Shown here: positions 45,701-57,773 of the stretch, one piece after another
Layout: each line of letters starts with the position of its first letter
Numbering within the stretch: position 1 is the first letter of the stretch
Assembly: GCA_044892525.1 (NCBI GenBank)
Contig: CM097885.1
Span: 50,408,001 to 50,472,000 of the forward strand
Direction: 5' to 3'
DNA from: Schmidtea polychroa
Lineage: Eukaryota
DNA length: 64,000 nt
The notes under the pieces: generated by a model
The model's database searches: none
What the model was told of the DNA's origin: nothing
The model's input: only the letters and a program-made list of their open reading frames with translations
Position numbers and translations under genes: made by a program

Positions 45701-47752
45701 CTGACGTTGTCAGGATATATTTCAATGCGGGATGAGGACACAGAATATACTATCTCAGCCCAAGAGAGTAAATAATATACTTATAAGCTCTTAAGAAAGC
45801 TACATCTAAATATGGACAAAGGCGCAAAACACATTCCGACACTAGCCAAATTACATTGTTTTCACACTTATGTTGAACTGCATTTTCGGAGAAAAGTTGG
45901 GAGCAGTAAATGTCCATAAATCTAAGTAAAATGGTTTGATTCGATTTTTCTATACCAAAATACAACTTTTTAACCATGTTTCCTTTCTTGAACTCAAAAT
46001 TTATTAACATTCGACCCACCCTAATCAGTATGGCCTCCTGAGATTCTCATTTTGTTTACTTTCCATGTTAATCGAGCTCGAGTTTTCTTCATCTCTCGGG
46101 TTCTCCATTGGCTCGGGTTTTCTATTAGCCAATTAATTAATTAATTAACGACTTTCTGTTTTAACACATTCGAATGCTTTTCGACCCTTTCTAACCATTA
46201 CACCTGTCCCGTTTTTCCGATTCAATTTCGATAAATTTACAATTTATTGATTTTTTTGGATTTTGGGATTTTTGCCTTACTTAACTGCTTTTGCTATTTC
46301 TTAATACTGTTTCCATCATAATTTAATTTACTATCAATTCTGTGCATGACCACACTTTTATTTGTCTTTTTCATTCGACCTACATTTTATTTGAATTTAT
46401 TTTAATTTACTAATCTCAACAAATGCTTCAATAGGCATCATAAAATGTGGTTAATTTTTCAATTATATTTTTTGTTTTTGATCTTAATTTTTTTGTTCAA
46501 TAAAATGTTGCTTAAAAGATGTTGAGGATACCTAAATGATAAATAGTATAATAAATAAATAAAATTACTTGAGGGAAAATTGTCATGACAAATGGGACGA
46601 TCTATGTGAACTCAGAAAAGGAAACGGAAGTAAAAAGAAATGAGGAATGAGAAAAACGAATGAAACAAAAGAAATCAGACATGACAACAAAAACAAAGGT
46701 CAGCACTAATTAATTAGTACAAAAAGGGAAAAGGAATTTTGAAAAGGGATAACGGGAACAAAATAAAAACAGGCCGGAGCCGCAAAAAGGGAAAATTAGA
46801 AAATATCTCGACAGCTGCCAAAGAAACGTTGGGAAATTATGTGGAAGAAAAAATGGGAAATGGAAGATAAACCCAAGAGCCACAAAGTGACAGGGTGTAA
46901 AAGGAGGTAGCACATCAGAAGCAGGCAGAACTATAGAGAGGACAACTTAGTACATTAAGAGAACGTTGGAGAATTGTATTAGCGAACAGTTTGGAGAAAC
47001 GATGGAGAGAGAACAATTAGAAGAAAACTTAGAAGAACAATCGATAAAATAATTTGGGAAGGACCAGTTAGAGGAAATTGGGGAATAATTTGGAGATAGA
47101 ATAATTTATTTGGAGAAGTTGAATAACATTGAAGCGGAGAAATTAAAAAGAAAATATAAATAAAGAGAATCAGCAAGAGTTTATTATTCTCGTTTTTCGG
47201 GATTTTCTCTAGAAAACTGCTCGATCTAAGATAATCGCTACACGCTATATTTTCATTTATAACCTATCAACTATTTATTTAGTATCTTTGTTGTCAATTG
47301 AGTCTAGAATGAAATTTACTTTATTAGATATTTTTTTATTTTCCAAATTCCTGATTGCCATCAAATTCTTATTACCGCTCTTCAATATTTATTTTAAATT
47401 ATATTTCAGCCAATGATATAATTTAAATTTGTTTTCAGTAAGTGCATTGTCATTGGTTGCTGTTCTGTCAGTGTGCATCATTATTTCATGCGCGCATTAC
47501 AATTCAAATGCACTTCGAGTGCAAAAAGTCGGCAATACTTATGTCTTAAAATCGGGAAATCTTGTTAGAAAGTGGCAACAAAGTCAAGATGATGCAAATG
47601 AGAAAAAAACGGTTCAAAGTTCCAAAACTAAAAAATTTTTGAATAAAAAATCAAAGATTACTGAAGCAGATGCCGCATTTTTATTAGAGAGTAATGATGA
47701 GGATGAAATTCTTGGGGATATGCCAAGCAGTAGTTACAAATTTCATTCCTAA
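34988..47752 (+). CDS. Ectonucleotide pyrophosphatase/phosphodiesterase, ENPP4/5-like, 531 aa; exons 34988-36269 and 47439-47752
   Basis: LISFDGFR, RTFPNH (Thr nucleophile), HEPDKTGH, VSDHGM, GTHGY motifs. A phase-1 GTAAGT donor at 36270 joins a phase-1 TTTTCAG acceptor at 47438, giving a TM helix (IFTTLVIISALSLVAVLSVCIII) and an acidic tail (LLESNDEDEILG). Confidence 0.85.
36597..36789. repeat. (AAT)n microsatellite
   Basis: Direct observation. Confidence 0.95.
37549..37763. mobile_element. Tc1/mariner (pogo/Tigger-like) MITE, 215 bp
   Basis: 26-bp perfect TIR CCGTATTAGCCCGAATATAACGCGAC, TA TSD. Confidence 0.88.
38005..38428. mobile_element. hAT (Charlie-like) MITE, 424 bp
   Basis: Imperfect TIR CA(T/G)TGGTT(CT/CC)CAA, 8-bp TSD CATTAATC, subterminal CGCGGAACA repeats. 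Confidence 0.85.
38803..39857 (+). mobile_element. Merlin DNA transposon, 1055 bp, with frameshifted and internally deleted transposase
   Basis: TIR GGTACTTCCGTGTTATCTTACCCCCAAAAA, 8-bp TSD TTACATTG, motifs WRC, VEIDESLF, WVFGG, HTQTIERTW. Confidence 0.92.
40756..41123 (-). mobile_element. Miniature (368 bp) solo LTR, family F, made up mostly of the structured U5 domain
   Basis: Minus strand starts TGTTGGGCT and ends CCACCA (degenerate CAACA); flanks TTTA/ATTA (1 mismatch); all three U5 stems are present. Confidence 0.6.
42852..46023 (+). mobile_element. Apparently intact autonomous hAT-superfamily (hATm-like) DNA transposon, 3172 bp
   Basis: 14-bp perfect TIR TAGGGTGGGTCGAA, 8-bp TSD ATCAGTAT, single long ORF. 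Confidence 0.92.
43351..45576 (+). CDS. hAT-type transposase (741 aa from the ATG at 43351; alternative ATG at 43306)
   Basis: GFDGKQD, CDGTNTNTG, WLICLLH (CxxH), SRWLT, PCHSQAVER motifs; no stops. Confidence 0.88.
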   Translation: MKGQRNKQFRKTRSKSRHCLFGQTCELPRNQLLTCEDVFRDYCYNEKCTQFHTGFNEQATLLANKVKEIHMKASIPTVEFSSIVVRVKRLISKVRELEKYPECKRSSAKFQDKLSSFSKLFDICCCKCFNDGARGRSQCTCRLALKIPTLEWEFWIDQQTTRNMKIGNTDRQETSKLKRKQTKSSPTGKGKQMKNETMDTEVNDLHPTSRSDTESEAASDESKDKLDNSTESSESSVEECDEFQNRRHYPELSKAVDRCGVSNRDTCLLVNAFLKDMELLSSQTIIDPAKLRCQRKYWREREIEQHSAEAKNLICLGFDGKQDSTLLHRRILKEEHYVIVAFPGDTYIDHVVPQSSKAVDIGKEIMSIIVSTQSSLTLQAIVCDGTNTNTGKNNGIIRRLEKSLGRPLQWLICLLHANELPFRKYFSVVDGGETKGPKTSCGEIGSVLDFDPKDKPVVAFMSLPGKVVDISENVKKELNTDQLYFLRVCLAVQKGYHNNKDVPFLQMAQPGNLNHSRWLTKANRILRLYMSETAPSEPLMRIVKFIVNFYGPSWFYIKTHSSCQDGARNIFYMLQLLQDLDPSDQEIIFPVIQNNNYFSHPENILLAAVGDDDEEIRKFATEKIITARQNFLPSEVIRTMDKNTVFLQSSATSYVDMIDWTKCNLTPPSLLSHILDHELKMNKKITLEQFPCHSQAVERAIKDVSSASCKVFGHKSRHGMVLLCKKSRKELPKVQSKADFM
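46520..47181 (+). mobile_element. Truncated LTR of family E
   Basis: Starts TGTTGAGGATACCTAAAT; homologous to the reverse complement of 61870-62432; similarity ends ~47181. Confidence 0.7.
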
Positions 47753-49547
47753 TATTTTCTTCTAGACAATTTGATTTTTCATCATTACCATTATTCTGTA
47801 ATGAATTCTAGATTTTCAATTTTCTATATTTTGGTTTTGGGTATTTTTTTAAACTTTATTTCTTTTTTTGATAATTGTATAGTATTTTGATATTATTGAT
47901 TTGTTTTGAAATACAAATAGATTTTTCAGTGTTCATCTACATGAGAGTAGGCATTTTGAGGTGATCATTTTCGTTATTCGTCAGAATTATTTTTTAAACC
48001 ACTTTTCTCCAAAAATTTTAAAATCCTTAAAAATATATCCGTACAGATGAATAATAAATATAGAAAGTCAACAAATATTTTCCATAATAAAAACTATGAT
48101 GTTTTCAAACATCGGTTAAAGACTTGTAGCAGTTTTAGACAGAACTTAATTCTAAAAATCATATTTAGATTTGTAAAAAGTGATTCTGGAATTTTCTGTA
48201 TAATGATCAGTCAAATTTATGCTTTCAAATCACTTTAAGATGGATTGGTAGATTTGTGCTTGCAATTTGGTATGGACCTTTATAAAAATATCCATGTAAA
48301 ATGTCCTTGTCTAAGGTGGGAATAAAAAGAGTAGGATTTCTTTTTTTAAATACATGTGGAGCAATAAAGGTAGACATTACTTTTACGACACCTGGCGTCT
48401 ATCGTTTTTTCCCACTAAAATAAAAGTATTGTTCAATCTTCAACTACAATATTATATTGCCATTACCCAAAAAAATTGAAAGGAAAAAAATACATTTATG
48501 TATTTAGAAATAATTTTACATGTCATAATTTTTACCTTTCCCGTCATTCATTCCTCATTTCGTTTTTTATTCAACGACTCCATTTATGGTCACAGTTCAT
48601 TCTTGCGCAAGTCAAACAAAAATGCACCTTTCATTCAATAATAAACAATTTTAATGAGAAAATCAAAATCAACAAATAGAACAAAATTAAATCCAAAACA
48701 AGAGTCACGTGGAATATAACTGGAATTTCGGTCCAATCGGACACAACATGTCCAGATCTGTCATTTCCTGTACGTTCTCGGCACAAATAGGGTCTGACAG
48801 ATGTCGGAATCCATGCCGGGTGAATCATCTCTCGGATGCACTCTAGATGGTACATGGTTTTAATCACGTGCCATTATCCTGCTATTAGTATCGTGAGCCG
48901 AGTTGTTGGTGGTTTCTCTTTTGATCAATATAAATGACATCTCGATATAATCTAACTTGGTTGTCGGTTGGCTCAGCCTTCTTTGGAGTTCTGTCGCACA
49001 ACAAAATATCCCTGATTCCATACACTAGTCCTGAATGTGGAACAATCTCGTTGATTCACATGTAGTCTCTTTCTTGACTTAAGACTATTCCTGGAATGTA
49101 TAAATACATGACTAGGCATATTGTATTAGTTCATTCGGCGGGTGTCAACAAACATATGCGATCTAACATCTTCATTAAACAAATTACAACATTGAGTAGG
49201 CCCCCATTCGTAATTCATGAAACTGTTGAGTTAAGCTATTCCTACATTTCTGTGTAACTGACATGTCAAAAATAGTTATCGTACAGTAAAGTAACGGTAT
49301 GTTTGATAAATTATCAAATAATAGATTAAATATAATAAATCAGGAAGCAATTTTATTTATATATTGATTATTTGTCACTTAGTTTTAATTAGTGGTTTTC
49401 GTCACTTAAAAAACAATGATTATAACAACTAATGTGAAAACAGTCAATACATGAAAACAGCTTGGAAATTGTAGAACCCCAACAGAATTATATGTAAGCA
49501 AAAAATAAAAATCGTAAAATACAATACAATTAACTTGAAATAAATTA

Positions 49548-49628
49548 CTCCCTCTGTCCAAAAATGATAGTCCAGTTTGACTTTAAATCGTAATTAGCAA
49601 CTGGACTATCATTTTTGGACAGAGGGAG
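49548..49628. mobile_element. 81-bp hairpin MITE (mariner/Stowaway-like)
   Basis: 30-bp perfect TIR CTCCCTCTGTCCAAAAATGATAGTCCAGTT, TA TSD. Confidence 0.88.
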
Positions 49629-50794
49629 TATTTTGTAACAATTTATTTTAGAATAATCAGCGCAAAGCGAGTGTCACTAACTTTTTAGTGCCCTTGGCAA
49701 ATGCCAATTTTATATATACTAAATCAATCTAAATTGCTCTTTTTTATACAAATTCATTAATTAGTTTATATAATTTTGCTAAAAAATGATAAAATTCTGT
49801 TTTCTTAATTCAAACTTAAAAATTCTAAAAGTTTTAAAATTTTCTAAATTCTCAAAAGCTAAAATCAAACATTTCAATAAAATTTTCACAAAATTGTGTT
49901 TACTAATATTAATCAATTCCTTCAAATTTAATTTAAATTTAAAAATTAAAGTAAATTAATGTAATAAGTAAATTAAAGTAAGATTTTTAAATTTATTATC
50001 AAAAGATTGAATAACCACCAACTTTTTGAGAAATGTAATTTTTTAATGAAAATTTTAATGAAATAATTTTTAAAAATAATTTTTAATGAAAGTTTTTATG
50101 AAATAATAAAATGATAATTTAAGCCTTTTGCTGCAAATAGTGTATTTAATGAAAGAATTTTCGACTATAAGATAGTCCTTGTCAAATATTTTTAAAGATA
50201 ATTTTTAATGAAAGTTTTTATGAAATATTTTACAAAATTCTCAAAAGTTAAAATCAAACATTTCAATAAAATTTTCACAAAATTGTGTTTTTTAATATTA
50301 ATCAATTCATTCAGTCGATGGTGATAAAGAACTTGAGGATTTCAAGTAGAGTTCAAGTCCTACTTAGAAGGTGTTCGAATCTTGATTATGAATATTTATG
50401 TCATCTACTAACGTCCTACCCAGTTGGTTTCCAAATGATTGCTCTCAACGACAAGACACCCATGACTTGCAACATGTTGGTACTGTATCAAGTCGGCGAA
50501 ACCTTACGACAAAAAAAATCAAAGTTTTATTATTATATAACAAGGCCAGTTAATGCATAAGGGGAGAGGTTCTTGACCCTTCATACATTAGAGCTTTCTT
50601 TCTTTCTTTCTTTAGGTTGGAGGGCTTGGAGCACTCACAACAAACGGTTCTCCGACTTGCTCTGAGTCTCTGTTATAAGGTAATGCTTTGTAATAGACTA
50701 TATATCAATCTGGTCTCCTTTGTGAAACTTCAGATTTCATTTTTCGTTATGGATTAGAGGAATCCGATCGTTTTGAATTAGGGTTGAACAGACA

Positions 50795-50985
50795 TCTAAT
50801 TGAACTGATATCTAATTGAGTTGATATCTAATTGAATTGATAAGGAGTATTATGATTGATAAGGAGTATTATGATTGATAAGTAGTAGTATGATTGATAA
50901 GTAATAGTATGATTTATAAGTATTGATAAGTAGTATGATTAATTAGGAGTAGAGAGTAGTATGATTGATAAGTAGTATGATTGAC
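50795..50985. repeat. Degenerate short tandem repeats (TGATATCTAATTGA- and AGTAGTATGATTGATA-type units)
   Basis: Direct observation. Confidence 0.8.
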
Positions 50986-51366
50986 AAAATAAATGCGAAA
51001 TAAACAGAACACACAATAAAAGACACCAAAATTATACATGTGAGTCAGCTAAGGCTGACAGATAAAACATGTTGTGTTTCATTTACACCTAACCGCGAAA
51101 TATAACATTATCTATAATCTAAAAAAAAAATCAATAAATATATATTATAGGAACACACAAACTTACCTGTGTGTAGAAATTTAATGCCGCGAAATTTAAC
51201 ATATTTATTATAGGAATCTAAAAAATGAGAGAAAATAATTAAGCATACAAGCACAGCACACATAATGAAAAATACATACAAAATTAAGTAAAGTGTTTTT
51301 CATGCGAAATTCAGATTGATTAACATATAATTAACATATCAATATTTTAAAATTATTTAAAAAATT

Positions 51367-52200
51367 ATGTACAAAAAAACTTTTGAATCAGATTCCGACT
51401 GCTCTACGTTGAGCTTTAGGGAAAAAGAAGTAAATACATCGTAAGATTTAATTATAAAATAATTTAGAATATAAAATTTCTTTAGATTTACAGATATTTC
51501 ACAGGACACAGTGGCATTTTGCGAAGTTGAAGATCTGACAATGTAAGATTTATTCATTAAAATATAAAATATTAAAATATTTTACAGTATAACAGATATT
51601 TCTTTGCGTGAAGGTACCATTTCAAATATTGAAGAAGGTCCTTCGACAACTTCGAATTTGCAGAAAAAAAATCGCAAATCGTAAATTTTAATAAATTATT
51701 TTAACAAATTAATATTTTCAAAGGATTACAGAAATAGACAAAATTCGGCTCATTAATGCATTTGAAAATGGGGACAATTATAAAGAATTTGGAAGATTGC
51801 TCGGAATCCCCAAAAATTCAATTATTTCAATAATTTACAAATATAAGAAATATGCCGAAATTACAAAAGGAAAAAGAAGTGGCAGAAAACAAATTATTTC
51901 AGAAGAACAGGGAAATAATTTGTTGGATTTTGTCGAAGCCAATTTTTATGCAACGTTAGAAGAAATGCGAATTTTCCTGTTACAACAAAATTGCTCGGCA
52001 TCCACAACTGCTATTTCAAGATTTCTAAAAACTCACTTAATAACGGTTAAAAAGGTAAGACCATGTGTGGAAGCAAGAAATTCAGATCGCGTACTTCAAA
52101 TCCGAATGGAGTATGTCACACGCTTTCTCGAAGAAGTCTGGCGAGATAAAAATCTCGTTTATATTGATGAATGCGGCTTCAATACCTGGTGTGCACACCA
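51367..52200 (+). pseudogene. 3'-truncated Tc1/IS630-like transposase
   Basis: HTH-like LGIPKNSIISII, SGRKQII, ATLEEMR and LVYIDECGFN (first catalytic Asp), then truncation. Possible short 5' introns. Confidence 0.75.
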
Positions 52201-52214
52201 ACGTATATTATAGA

Positions 52215-52768
52215 CAATGTTAACTTTCGCGGTTAGGTGTAAACTGCAGGCTTTAAATTCACTGAAACTGTATGTTCATTTAATCGGTATCTGTAGGCTT
52301 CAACTTCATTTAAACCGCAGGCTTCAATTCATCCAAACTGTAGGCTTTATATTCATTGAAACTTTAGCCTTTATATTCATTGATGAAAACATCAAAAAAC
52401 GTACATTGCCATCAACTATATCTCAATGGGTTTTGCAGTCGTAGAAAGATGTCTCTGAAAAAGTAATTAAAAAACATTTTAAAATGTTGCATAACTAATG
52501 ATTTAAAGGGTACCGAAAATGATGTGCTCTGGTGCAACAGTGTAGCTGAGGATTTTAGCTCAGAAAGTAAAGGTGTTGAAAGGCGTCTGAAGAAGATTAA
52601 ATAAGGTTAAATAAGAAGATTATGTAAATATTATTACAAAATAAATTTCATTTTTTAACACCATTTTATTAAAGCATTTTTATTTTTACTTTATCCTATT
52701 TAAAATACCTATCATAAAACCTCATTGAAACTTAAATTCGAGGACGGCTTTTATTCGAAATAATACGA
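52215..52768 (+). mobile_element. 3' end of a pogo/Tigger-like element
   Basis: LKGTENDVLW-like transposase tail and terminal CGGCTTTTATTCGAAATAATACGA, similar to the pogo-type TIR at 37549. Confidence 0.5.
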
Positions 52769-53097
52769 TAATAATTTATTTAATAATTATTTTATTAATT
52801 TAATTTTCCTATTTTTCAAACAAAACTTTCTGTAATAAAAGACGTTATCATTATTAATTTCTTTTATCATTTCTATAAAATTATCCATCAATGAAATTTA
52901 ATCAAATACAAATTTCCAGCTTAGCCTTTATAAGTAGTCATTTTATCCATAAATAAATTATTTTTTAAAATTTTTGATCTCATTTAAACTCATTAAATCA
53001 AAAAAAGTATCGAAATAAAAATAAAAAATATAACTAAAATTAAAGAATTTTTTTCTCACAAAATAATCAATCTGAATTAGAAACCATTCTTGATTTT

Positions 53098-54072
53098 TCA
53101 TGAAGTATTCGAAATATGTTTTTTGGCGGCTAAAACTGCTTGAAAAGGAGCTTTACCTTTTGTGTACCCAAACAATGACGAAGCCTTTAATTCGTCCGAC
53201 CACAACAGAGGGAGTAAATTGTGATTATGAAGATGTAAATTTGAAACCGGTTTTCTTTTAATAATAGGTGGTCTATCTAAATTTCTTTGATTGTAAGATG
53301 TCAATGGGGACAGGGTCGCTTTAAATGACCGTTCTAATTTGTGATCAAAACTATTATTGTCATTAAAATGGCAATTTGTATGGAAATGCTCATTAAGATT
53401 AATAGAGTTTTCTGGTCTTGTAGATTCAATGTTTAACATCGTATTTTCTCGACTGAGGTACCAAAACGATTTACGCTGAATTTCTACTTTAACTGCTGGT
53501 TTAATGATAAAACTTTCAACCGGGAAATTATCTAAATATTTACTTAAGACAACTGGGGCAGATTTTCCCCTATTATTTGGTTTATCTTCGTGCTTAATAA
53601 TTTCAGATTTTTCCTTTATTTCAATTACATCTATTTTTGAATTGGGTTTTTTGCTCAAAAAACTATGGCCAATAAGCACAGCACTAGCTGTAAAATTATT
53701 GTGCTGTAGTGGAGAATATTTTTGCCCAAGGAAAGTTGTGGCAGTTTGAGCTCGATTTGTTAGAGATTTGTGAATTAAAATGTTGAGAGGATAGTTGCAA
53801 AGAGATTCTTTCGACAAATTTGCTGACTTTATTCCGGTTGCTTTTGGCTTTGGTAAAACAGATTGGAGACAAGTCGAAGAATCTATTCCTTGGAAAACCA
53901 GCATTTGATCGTTATGATTAACACGCAATTCTGTCATTGTCCTTTTTCTGACAATTAAAACAACAAAATCATTTTCAGCTACTGTTATTGTGGAATGAAA
54001 CAATGTAAAATATGGAGCCCTAAGTAGCGACTGACAGTTAAAAGCCGGAAGTAAAGTTTTACAACCAATCAT
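53098..54072 (-). CDS. Hypothetical protein, 324 aa
   Basis: ATG-initiated uninterrupted ORF with coding-like composition between AT-rich flanks; no family recognised. Confidence 0.65.
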   Translation of the reverse strand: MIGCKTLLPAFNCQSLLRAPYFTLFHSTITVAENDFVVLIVRKRTMTELRVNHNDQMLVFQGIDSSTCLQSVLPKPKATGIKSANLSKESLCNYPLNILIHKSLTNRAQTATTFLGQKYSPLQHNNFTASAVLIGHSFLSKKPNSKIDVIEIKEKSEIIKHEDKPNNRGKSAPVVLSKYLDNFPVESFIIKPAVKVEIQRKSFWYLSRENTMLNIESTRPENSINLNEHFHTNCHFNDNNSFDHKLERSFKATLSPLTSYNQRNLDRPPIIKRKPVSNLHLHNHNLLPLLWSDELKASSLFGYTKGKAPFQAVLAAKKHISNTS

Positions 54073-54324
54073 CGTTGAGTTTAATTTTTATAAATCAATT
54101 CAATAAACTTTAAAATTTAATTGTAATTTTAATGCATTCAAATTTTCTATCAATTTATTAATAAATTAATTCAATATATAATACATAATTTTAATTTCCA
54201 ATTAATTTTTAATGTTAAACAATTAAAAGATAAAATAAAATATGCGGCAAAGCCTTATCATATGATTTATTGGTTTATTATTTAATTTGTAGTGCTACCA
54301 AAAACTATAGATGGCCAGCTGCTT

Positions 54325-54569
<245 letters not shown>

Positions 54570-56474
54570 TGTTGGTTACTTAGGGGTGTGTCCTTTTTAC
54601 ATTTTAAATACTTTAGGGGTAATTTAGATATTCTCTCGACTCTTTCCTAAGCACCTCCGTGACTATTTCAATTTAAACCATTTGTGTACCCATGGCGACG
54701 ACCATGTTGATACTGTACACAAAGGCGAAAAAACAATGAGCAGGTGAACTCAATTGCTAAAACTACTCCCCATTGTATTTTCTTTTCGGGTTCTAGACGG
54801 CCGATAGAAGGTCTTACGTCATTAATCATTTCCCATTTTGACTTTCGACTTTTCTATTTTATTCAGCTATGGTCCTCATTTCTGTATGTTTTCTATTGTT
54901 CTTTTTCAAAATTTTGTGCGGGGAAGCGCCCTTATTTTTCTGTCATAAATAATTATATATTTTCTATAATACTTGTCAATAATTTATTTCCCAGTCGATA
55001 AATGTCGTTCCATATTTTCGGCGGTTCTTGTGAAAAATGTAACTCACTTTTTCAAAATTTTGAGTAGGGGTCTGCCCTTATTCCCAAGTTAATAAACATG
55101 TTTCCACACTTCTCATAAAAATTTTAGCAGGGATCTGCCTGAATTTCTAATCCTGAACTATCGGATATCTTAACCATTCGTGGTTTCTATAAGATTGCCT
55201 AAACCTACTTTATCTACCTAAAACCGGCTCTAACTATCCTATTAATACTCCTAACTCAGTGATATCTATGAAAATAAAGGTGACTGGTCCGTCTTTTACT
55301 ATCTAAACCTAAAGAAGGCCCTAAACTATCTTAAAATGACATTACACTCTCCAATCGTTCCTACCCTTATCTATATCCTCTAACCCGATGGACCCAACTG
55401 GCGAAACATCTGTCAACCAACAGCACGTGGTGCCGTCCGCCCACAAACCTTCCCCCAGTCCAAAGCATCGATACATAAATTCATTATAGATCCATTTCAA
55501 CTACAATTATCATTAAAATTATAACAGAGTCAAAATAAATAAAATACTTATTATGGAAATATTAACGAAAAATAACTTCTATTTAAAATGTTATTTTTTC
55601 ATAAAATTACATAACATTAGACTTAACAACAACAAAAATAAATACAATACCAATATTAACGAAAATTAACTTCAATTTAAAATAACATTAGACTTAACAA
55701 AATTACATTACACATACAAAGAATGAAATTTACCTTACCGCGATGGCATACACCGAAAATTGAGAGCTCCTGATAACGTCTGGTGAAATTGTAAATTTCT
55801 GATTGAACAAGTTGTTAAACTGAAATTTCACTCAGTTTTGATTGAATTGTACGCTTACGCATTCACTCCTAATATATCCAATTAGAATGCGAGGCAATTT
55901 TGATGCATGTGTGCAATTGTTTATTTTTTAATTTAACTAATTTAATTAATCAAAATTTTAATTTTTATTAATATTTACGATTTATTTTTATAAATTCTAT
56001 AATTTAAATAGTTTTTGCTAATTTTAATTTAGTTTTACAAGTTTTATAATTTAAATAAGTTTAGTTAGTTTTATTTTAGTTTCATTGATTTAAAATGTTT
56101 TTATAAATTTTATGGTTTATCTAATTTTACTACTTTTCTACTTTTATCATTTTTTTCAGTTTACTAGATATTTTATTTTAAATTTTAAACTTATTTATTT
56201 AAAACTTTTCATATTATTAATTAATTTATTACCCATTATTTTATTTAATTTTTTAGTTGTTAGATATTCCGAACGCGATATTTCTCCTAATTGTATTAGT
56301 GATCGCGACCTTTTTTTGCGTTCCTTTATTTTATTACCCGAGTATTATTTATCATCAATGTGTTATGTACTTTAATTTGTATTGATTGGTTTTTAATTTA
56401 ACTTGGTGCGATTTTTATGTTATATATTTTTGATTCATTAAAACAAGCTCTCAATTCTCGGTTCTAGCCCAACA
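54570..56474 (-). mobile_element. Solo LTR, family A subfamily (1905 bp)
   Basis: TGTTGGTTACTTAGGGG...AGCCCAACA ends; flanks ATAA/AAAA (1 mismatch); U5 and U3 homologous to family A, middle divergent. Confidence 0.85.
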
Positions 56475-56709
56475 AAAATTATCATTATTATTGTTGTTAT
56501 TATTTTCTATTATTATTAGTTTATTAAAGATTCGATAAACACAAATTTTAATTGTGACTCACTAATAAATCATAAACTGACAACAATATTGAAACAATAT
56601 TTAGGGTTCATTGCATAATTACATCACGCCAAAAATGACCATTTTTGAATCATCCACCCACCCTGTCACTTTTGGTCACATTTCTGTTGATCCAACCCAC
56701 CCTACTCCC

Positions 56710-57322
56710 CATTTAAAGCGACCCTGTCCCCATTGACATCTTACAATCAAAGAAATTTAGATAGACCACCTATTATTAAAAGAAAACCGGTTTCAAATTT
56801 ACATCTTCATAATCACAATTTACTCCCTCTGTTGTGGTCGGACGAATTAAAGGCTTCGTCATTGTTTGGGTACACAAAAGGTAAAGCTCCTTTTCAAGCA
56901 GTTTTAGCCGCCAAAAAACATATTTCGAATACTTCATGAAAAATCAAGAATGGTTTCTAATTCAGATTGATTATTTTGTGAGAAAAAAATTCTTTAATTT
57001 TAGTTATATTTTTTATTTTTATTTCGATACTTTTTTTGATTTTATGAGTGTAAATGAGATCAAAAATTTTAAAAAATAATTTATTTATGGATAAAATGAC
57101 TACTTATAAAGGCTAAGCTGGAAATTTGTATTTGATTAAATTTCATTGATGGATAATTTTATAGAAATGATAAAAGAAATTAATAATGATAACGTCTTTT
57201 ATTACAGAAAGTTTTGTTTGAAAAATAGGAAAATTAAATTAATAAAATAATTATTAAATAAATTATTATCGTATTATTTCGAATAAAAGCCGTCCTCGAA
57301 TTTAAGTTGCAATGAGGTTTTA
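56710..57322 (+). repeat. Inverted duplicate of 52715-53327 (3' end of the 324-aa ORF plus downstream flank)
   Basis: ORF 56733..56939 reproduces the C-terminus of ORF 53098..54072; near-identity extends ~613 bp. Confidence 0.95.
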
Positions 57323-57357
57323 ACACTTTAGTGACGTCATTTTATTGATTGCCACTA

Positions 57358-57773
57358 CCTGTATCGTAAAAAAACTTATCGTAATATGGAATTATATCGT
57401 GAAAATTCTGTATCGTAAGAAGCAATGTTAATTAATATCGTAATTTAATTTCTTCTTTTATATTGTAACAAGAAATATTAATTAGTATCGTAAATTAAAA
57501 AACAATCCTGCAATATATACTCGGAGTTTATCCGACAGGATGTTTTGACCCTCTAAGGGTACTGGCCGTAATGGTATTAGTTGTAAGGGTACTGGTCATG
57601 TGTTTCTAAAATTCAGACAACCCTGTTTGTCCATCTTGTGGTGAAAACATTGACTTTATCATTAAACCTGTCATTTAAATTATTGAATGTTTGAAAAATA
57701 AATTTTTAACTTTGACGATATTAGTCCACTTCTATCTTTACGATATAGGTAAGAAGTCATATTACGATACAGG
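57358..57773. mobile_element. TA-flanked MITE, 416 bp
   Basis: TIR CCTGTATCGTAA with repeated TATCGTAA subterminal motifs, TA on both sides. Confidence 0.75.

Noticed and set aside
47429..47752. Stand-alone small secreted or neuropeptide-like gene
   Set aside because: No ATG; better explained as the phase-matched terminal exon of the ENPP gene.
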